Source: a virus. Taken from it: DNA of 64,000 nt. A program made the translations under genes and the position numbers. Location: the IMG/VR virus record IMGVR_UViG_3300019487_000031, positions 1 to 64,000 of that record, one strand, 5' to 3'. Shown here piece after piece: positions 59,446-64,000 of the stretch; the stretch's first letter is position 1; each line of letters starts with the position of its first letter. The notes beneath the pieces were generated by a model. It did not search any database. It saw only the letters and a program-made list of their open reading frames with translations, and was not told where the DNA came from.

Positions 59446-61329
59446 TTATAATTCCCCAACTTTTTCAAAAGATATCCAATTAGAATTAACATCTGCCGAT
59501 AGGTTAACTGCCGCACCAGAATCTTGGTTAATATCAATTCTTAATTCATCGCCCGCGACACATTCAAGAATGCCCGAACCGGAAGAAGCTAAAGCATATG
59601 AAGCCGAAGTATTAGCAAATACTAAATCTAATCTATATTGCGTTGATGCGTTTTTCAATAATTTAATGAAAAATCGTTCCCCTAAATCCCAGTTCGCATT
59701 TTGTAATTGGTGGGCACAGGTTATTCTATATTTTCCAGATTCAGGGCATGTAAACAATCCAGTACTAGTGCTATAGGAATTATGAGTATCGAAGATTTTA
59801 GTATTAAACATAACTTGGAAATCGCTGTTATTTGGTACTGAAGGGGCAGTATTAATAGTTGCCCTTGCGGCAATATGTTGTCTGTCAAATGGACGTAGAG
59901 AAATTTCTGAAGGAGCAACCGTCCACGTTCCCGCCACGGGTTGATTAACTTTTAATCTTCCCACGAGCCTAATCGGTACATTAACTCTAGCGGTAGTAGA
60001 ATAAAGAATACGGTTTAAATCTGCTGCGCCAGCGCCGCCTTCTGCCGTAGTAGACCTAACAGTTCCTTCATCAAATCTAGCCATTGAAACTGCCAATTCG
60101 ACCGTTCCAGCATTATCCAATAAATATACATATAAATAATGATCTACCCCGCTAGCAGTACCAAGTGTAGAACCACTAGATGCAGTCATTGATAGCGCGG
60201 CGATTACATTACGAATATTATAAGTGCCAGTTGCCGAAGTTAAGTTTCTAAAACCCACTCTAACGGGACTTGCCCCAGAAGCATCAACTCCCGTTTTAGT
60301 TTTAATAGCAATTGTTAATGCATTTCCAGCTACTGTAGCTGCTATTCCTAAATTCTGATCATCATATGAGGCATCAGATAGATTACTATTAGCATCGGCA
60401 AATGCTAGATTTCCAGCCCCGTCCGTTTTTAAAACCTGATTAACTGTTCCGTCGGCAGGAGGAAGTCGGAATGTGGTGCTCGCCGCTAAAGTGGGAGCTT
60501 CAAATCCCACGAAAAATCCGGAATCTCCAAAACGTAAAGGCCCACCAGCCGGAAGATCAATTTGACCATCACCGTAAATTAAAAGTCTATCGCCCGCAGT
60601 ATTAAATGCTCTTAAAAAGAAGTAGTTTTGAGAATCACCAACCGCAGAATGATCTAGATATAGAAGATGTCTAAAAGCTCCACCAGTCATTTGTGAATGT
60701 AAAAGAGGAACGGTTCCGGTTGAAGTATTAGGCGCGGTAACAATTAAAGGCCCTCTTGATGTATGTTGATCAGTATTTCCTGCGCCTCCTATAGTAATAA
60801 CATCCCCATCAAAAAGAAGATTAAGACTATCAGTCATTACTCCAGAACCATCGTTATAGACAACGCCATTCGCTGTTCCAGAAGCTAGTTTACTTCTCGC
60901 GATATTGGCACCAACTTTAATATCAGCATTATCAATATTTGTAATAGTATTTAAATCTGCATCAATGGTTTTATTTGTAAGAGTTTGAACAACATCAATG
61001 CCAACTAAAGTAGTATTGGCATTAGGAACCGCTAAGGTTCTAGTAGTTCCAGTGGTTACAGGAGCGGCGTCAAAAATAAATCGTTTGGTATTATCAACTT
61101 CATCAATAAAAAATGAAGTATTGTCAATAAAGTTATTATTATCAAACGTTTTACCGGATATAGTTCCAGAACCAGTTTCAGTCACTACTGGGGAATTGAT
61201 TGTGCCATCAAAGAAATAAAGTTTATTATCCGAAGTTAAAACTTCTAAGTCGCCCAATTCACTATTTTGGGTTAAAGCCTTTCCGACTATATTAATACCA
61301 TTTAATAATTTTTTATAAGAAAAAGCCAT
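59446..61329 (-). CDS. Tail fibre protein
   Basis: [24 protein letters not shown] resembles conserved tail-fibre motifs. Asn/Thr/Gly-rich. Confidence 0.5.
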   Translation of the reverse strand: MAFSYKKLLNGINIVGKALTQNSELGDLEVLTSDNKLYFFDGTINSPVVTETGSGTISGKTFDNNNFIDNTSFFIDEVDNTKRFIFDAAPVTTGTTRTLAVPNANTTLVGIDVVQTLTNKTIDADLNTITNIDNADIKVGANIARSKLASGTANGVVYNDGSGVMTDSLNLLFDGDVITIGGAGNTDQHTSRGPLIVTAPNTSTGTVPLLHSQMTGGAFRHLLYLDHSAVGDSQNYFFLRAFNTAGDRLLIYGDGQIDLPAGGPLRFGDSGFFVGFEAPTLAASTTFRLPPADGTVNQVLKTDGAGNLAFADANSNLSDASYDDQNLGIAATVAGNALTIAIKTKTGVDASGASPVRVGFRNLTSATGTYNIRNVIAALSMTASSGSTLGTASGVDHYLYVYLLDNAGTVELAVSMARFDEGTVRSTTAEGGAGAADLNRILYSTTARVNVPIRLVGRLKVNQPVAGTWTVAPSEISLRPFDRQHIAARATINTAPSVPNNSDFQVMFNTKIFDTHNSYSTSTGLFTCPESGKYRITCAHQLQNANWDLGERFFIKLLKNASTQYRLDLVFANTSASYALASSGSGILECVAGDELRIDINQDSGAAVNLSADVNSNWISFEKVGEL

Positions 61330-61338
61330 TAAGTTCCT

Positions 61339-61821
61339 TTATTGAGCTAAAGCTTGAGCAGTAAAAGAGATTTTTCCAGAATGGTTAGCTCCAACTATTG
61401 CTGTAGTTGAAAAAGAGAATTGTCCCGCGTCATCTATCGTAAAAGTAATTTGTGCATCGCCTATGTATTCTCTTTGTAATTCCCATTTTTGGTTTACTGG
61501 ATTATTAGGATTATAAATAACATTCATTTCGCCCATTTCGTACACACTAGTTGTATCGGTTTCTCTAAAAACTGCATATCTAATAAACCCGGCTCTTACT
61601 ACCGCCGTACTAAAAGATAAACCCGTTAAGGTTGTGCTAGCTGCCGGATTATGAGAAGCATTTAAAGTGAAAAACTGTTTAGAAACATCGCCAGTACTAA
61701 TAAGACCACTTAAAGCGTCTTCAACTAGCTGGGCGAATTGTATGACCGCCTCAGACCACACAGGAGAAGTACCGGTATTTGGAAATGGGATGGGTGTGCC
61801 GTTTATTACAATGATAGGCAT
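61339..61821 (-). CDS. Virion structural protein
   Basis: First ORF of the tail block, downstream of the promoter and the tRNA-like gene. Confidence 0.4.
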   Translation of the reverse strand: MPIIVINGTPIPFPNTGTSPVWSEAVIQFAQLVEDALSGLISTGDVSKQFFTLNASHNPAASTTLTGLSFSTAVVRAGFIRYAVFRETDTTSVYEMGEMNVIYNPNNPVNQKWELQREYIGDAQITFTIDDAGQFSFSTTAIVGANHSGKISFTAQALAQ

Positions 61822-61916
61822 AAATAGAAAATATCCTTAAGAAAAAGGTTCTCCTATTAGTTGTTAAATTTCATTTTATAAAGGGAAAAATAGATAAGCT
61901 ATTGAATTTATTAAGA

Positions 61917-61992
61917 TGGTCTGGAATGCGGGAGTTGCACCCGCACTTCCCTGTCTCCAAAACAGGGCGATTACTAACAATCTCTATTCCAG
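61917..61992 (-). tRNA. tRNA-like gene with anticodon UGG (Pro) and an encoded CCA. The D-arm and T-loop are non-canonical
   Basis: Minus-strand fold: 7-bp acceptor stem CTGGAAT/ATTCCAG, anticodon stem CCTGT/ACAGG with loop TTTGGAG (U33, A37), T-stem GCGGG/CCCGC with loop TGCAACT, discriminator A, then CCA. The 5' end lies 7 nt downstream of a consensus -10 box. Deviations are A8, a weak D-stem and G55. Confidence 0.45.
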
Positions 61993-61998
61993 AAGTGT

Positions 61999-62027
61999 AT
62001 TATATCATTAGTTTATTTTAATGTCAA
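61999..62027 (-). promoter_or_regulatory. Consensus sigma70 promoter (TTGACA-17-TATAAT) on the minus strand driving the tRNA-like gene and the tail operon
   Basis: Minus strand reads TTGACATTAAAATAAACTAATGATATAAT (plus-strand TGTCAA at 62022-62027 and ATTATA at 61999-62004). Confidence 0.55.
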
Positions 62028-62056
62028 TATGACAAGTCTGGCTTGTTATATAAGCT

Positions 62057-62842
62057 TTAAAGTAAACTAGTCTTATACTGCCAATAAAATCCTTTGTATT
62101 TCGTTCTTTCCCCCTTACATACCCGACGGACAGCTTTAGGTTCAAATTCCGTATTTCTTAAAGCTAGAGACGATTCAAAATACATTCTTTTTCCTTCATT
62201 ATTCCAACCTTCAATAGGAATTAAAAAATCTCTTTTAAACCCCCCAATTATTTTTTCGGCTAATAATACGTAACTACTTAAATCTGAATCCTTTTTATAA
62301 AACCAAACATACTCCTGACCTATTTTAGCTCTTTGTTTTAATGATTCTGTAATACAACTTCCAGAAAAGCCTTGTCTAATTGCATTATTTATTGATATAT
62401 ACTCTTTTATATGACCATCATATATATTAATAGCTACAATAGGAATTTGTCTGGATTCTGCTACGGTTTTTTGAATTTGCATTCTTTTAGCTCTTATAAT
62501 CGGATTAGCCCATTGTTCTTTCATTATTTTGGAAACTAATGGACGATTATAAAAAGATGGAATCATATTATATCCGGTTTTAAAATTTAATGAGTTATAA
62601 ATCGTGATAAAATCATTTTCTATAATCTCTAAATTATCAATATTCCTCGTGCAAAATAATATTTCAAATTTAAAATTTTCTTTACCATGTTTTCTTAATG
62701 CTTGGTGAATTGAATATTGAGAATTGTTACTAAAAGCCGCGCATTTATGTTCAGACCATCTTCTACTTGGTAATTTAGTAGTAGAACCAATATAAACCTT
62801 ATTATTAAGAATATTTGTAATTAGATAAATATAACCAATCAT
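62057..62842 (-). CDS. GIY-YIG homing endonuclease inserted between the capsid gene and the tail block
   Basis: The N-terminus GYIYLITNILNNKVYIGSTTKLPSRRWSEHK is the GIY-YIG motif. 261 aa. Confidence 0.8.
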   Translation of the reverse strand: MIGYIYLITNILNNKVYIGSTTKLPSRRWSEHKCAAFSNNSQYSIHQALRKHGKENFKFEILFCTRNIDNLEIIENDFITIYNSLNFKTGYNMIPSFYNRPLVSKIMKEQWANPIIRAKRMQIQKTVAESRQIPIVAINIYDGHIKEYISINNAIRQGFSGSCITESLKQRAKIGQEYVWFYKKDSDLSSYVLLAEKIIGGFKRDFLIPIEGWNNEGKRMYFESSLALRNTEFEPKAVRRVCKGERTKYKGFYWQYKTSLL

Positions 62843-62873
62843 ATAAAACTATAACATTCCTTCCTGGAGCAAT

Positions 62874-62907
62874 AAGAGAAAAAGAAAAGGAAGAACGAAT
62901 TCTTCCT
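62874..62907 (-). terminator. Rho-independent terminator after the capsid gene (8-bp stem AGGAAGAA/TTCTTCCT, TTCG loop, T-run)
   Basis: Minus strand reads AGGAAGAATTCGTTCTTCCT followed by TTTCTTTTTCTC. Confidence 0.55.
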
Positions 62908-62926
62908 AATCTTAAACTCTTAACTA

Positions 62927-63922
62927 TTAAGTCGTTGAGTTAACGATATTCGAAATCAAAACATTTCGTCCCGGCGCCGTACAAAACAACGCTTGATCCG
63001 TATAAAGTCTAAATTCATACGCAGCCGCATCATTTAGTTGACGTAGGATTTGATCTCCAGGCATTCCAGGGATGTTAAATGAAACATCTCGGGAACCCAC
63101 GCGAGACCAGTTCTCTTCCGAGATTAGGTACGCATAGCCCTCTTTCACGTAGATAGAAGGAAGAACTTCGATATCACCATTTTGAGAATGGAATAGGAGC
63201 TTTTCAGAACCGTTTTCCATTTTCTGTTTGGAATAGCTTCCGTCATATTTACGAAGAGCCGCTTGATCGCTCATCATGTTCGCCCAGCCCTTTAGAGAGA
63301 CTAGAGCAAGCATTTTGCCGTGGTGTCCTTTTTCAATCGCACGGGTAACAGCAAGACTTAGCTTATTAAAGCTTAGCGCCGCACCAGAGGCAGAAAAGGT
63401 ATTTCCGCGCCATAATTCGAATTGATCAACAGAAATGTTGAATAGTGAACCAGTCGCTTGGGAAATCACTCGATGGATACCAGCAAACTCGTTACCATAC
63501 GCACCGCGGCGCCAAATAACGTCAGTGGCAACAACTCCCGCAGCAGCCGCTGAGGAATCAAGCGTTAGAATACGAGTATCTAGGTCAACAGATTGGATAA
63601 TGAAGTTACCACGCGAAATCGCACCAGTAGCATCACGAATCTCAATCGGCATACCTTTTGCCCCTGACCAGATTCCAGGTGCCCACTCAGATAGTGTAAT
63701 CGTTACGGCAGAACCAGCAACGACCGAGACCGTTCCATAGCCCATTTGACCGTAAAGCATTTCGATCTCAAGAATTTTCGTGAAAGAACGAAGGGCGTTC
63801 TCAACGACATACTTGCTCGCGCTTCCGAAAGACGCTTTGTCAGAACCAGAACGAGATAGAGCATTGTACCCGATTTGGGAACGTAGCACTTTCGCATTAC
63901 CCTTAACTTGCGCATCACGCAT
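62927..63922 (-). CDS. Putative major capsid protein
   Basis: A 331-aa ORF followed by a strong terminator, placed at the head of the structural block. No motif confirmed. Confidence 0.4.
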   Translation of the reverse strand: MRDAQVKGNAKVLRSQIGYNALSRSGSDKASFGSASKYVVENALRSFTKILEIEMLYGQMGYGTVSVVAGSAVTITLSEWAPGIWSGAKGMPIEIRDATGAISRGNFIIQSVDLDTRILTLDSSAAAAGVVATDVIWRRGAYGNEFAGIHRVISQATGSLFNISVDQFELWRGNTFSASGAALSFNKLSLAVTRAIEKGHHGKMLALVSLKGWANMMSDQAALRKYDGSYSKQKMENGSEKLLFHSQNGDIEVLPSIYVKEGYAYLISEENWSRVGSRDVSFNIPGMPGDQILRQLNDAAAYEFRLYTDQALFCTAPGRNVLISNIVNSTT

Positions 63923-64000
63923 AGGTGAAGAAACCGCAGGTAATAGGTTAAACGCATCCTCATCTGGACCGGCATAAGTAATACCGTGTTCTAGACCAAG

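Noticed and set aside
1-64000. Retron, DGR or CRISPR-Cas components
   Set aside because: No reverse-transcriptase motifs (YxDD in RT context), no cas genes, and no template/variable repeat pair near the tail fibre genes were seen.

Overview
This window looks like a section of a low-GC (about 33%) tailed-phage genome with a bacterial host, which I infer from consensus sigma70-type promoters and a lipobox lipoprotein. Coordinates 1-43,900 are a plus-strand block of early and middle genes. Coordinates 43,800-64,000 are a minus-strand block running major capsid, terminator, GIY-YIG homing endonuclease, promoter, tRNA-like gene, then tail and virion genes. The plus-strand block holds a recombination module: a RecA-like ATPase, a Rad52-like annealing protein, a Cas4-like nuclease and a metallophosphoesterase. 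It also holds a Ro60/TROVE-vWA protein preceded by a 550-bp non-coding stretch with a strong promoter, which I treat as a Y-RNA candidate. There is a primase-helicase carrying a 341-aa LAGLIDADG intein in its P-loop, and a family-B DNA polymerase split in two by a 1-kb cassette that includes a NADAR-like ORF. An NAD+/ADP-ribose island sits together: NMNAT-Nudix, a macro domain protein, NADAR and NAMPT. This is NARP2-like NAD+ reconstitution plus ADP-ribose hydrolases, a likely anti-defence module. Other calls are a UDG with an extra N-terminal domain, a minimal class II aaRS-like protein, dUTPase, dCMP deaminase, MazG-like proteins, a ThyX-like protein, a DEDD exonuclease and a Dam methylase. 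At least six freestanding homing endonucleases are present, four of endonuclease VII type with one frameshifted, plus an HNH and a GIY-YIG. Other notable structure includes two GC-rich islands, one carrying a tandem DUF488 pair and one next to an RNR gene remnant. There is also a 72-bp inverted repeat linking an early ORF to a virion-gene-region ORF, an 18-bp tandem repeat array at the window start, and a GC-rich structured non-coding block before a terminator. All calls come from reading motifs by eye, with no database searches run.
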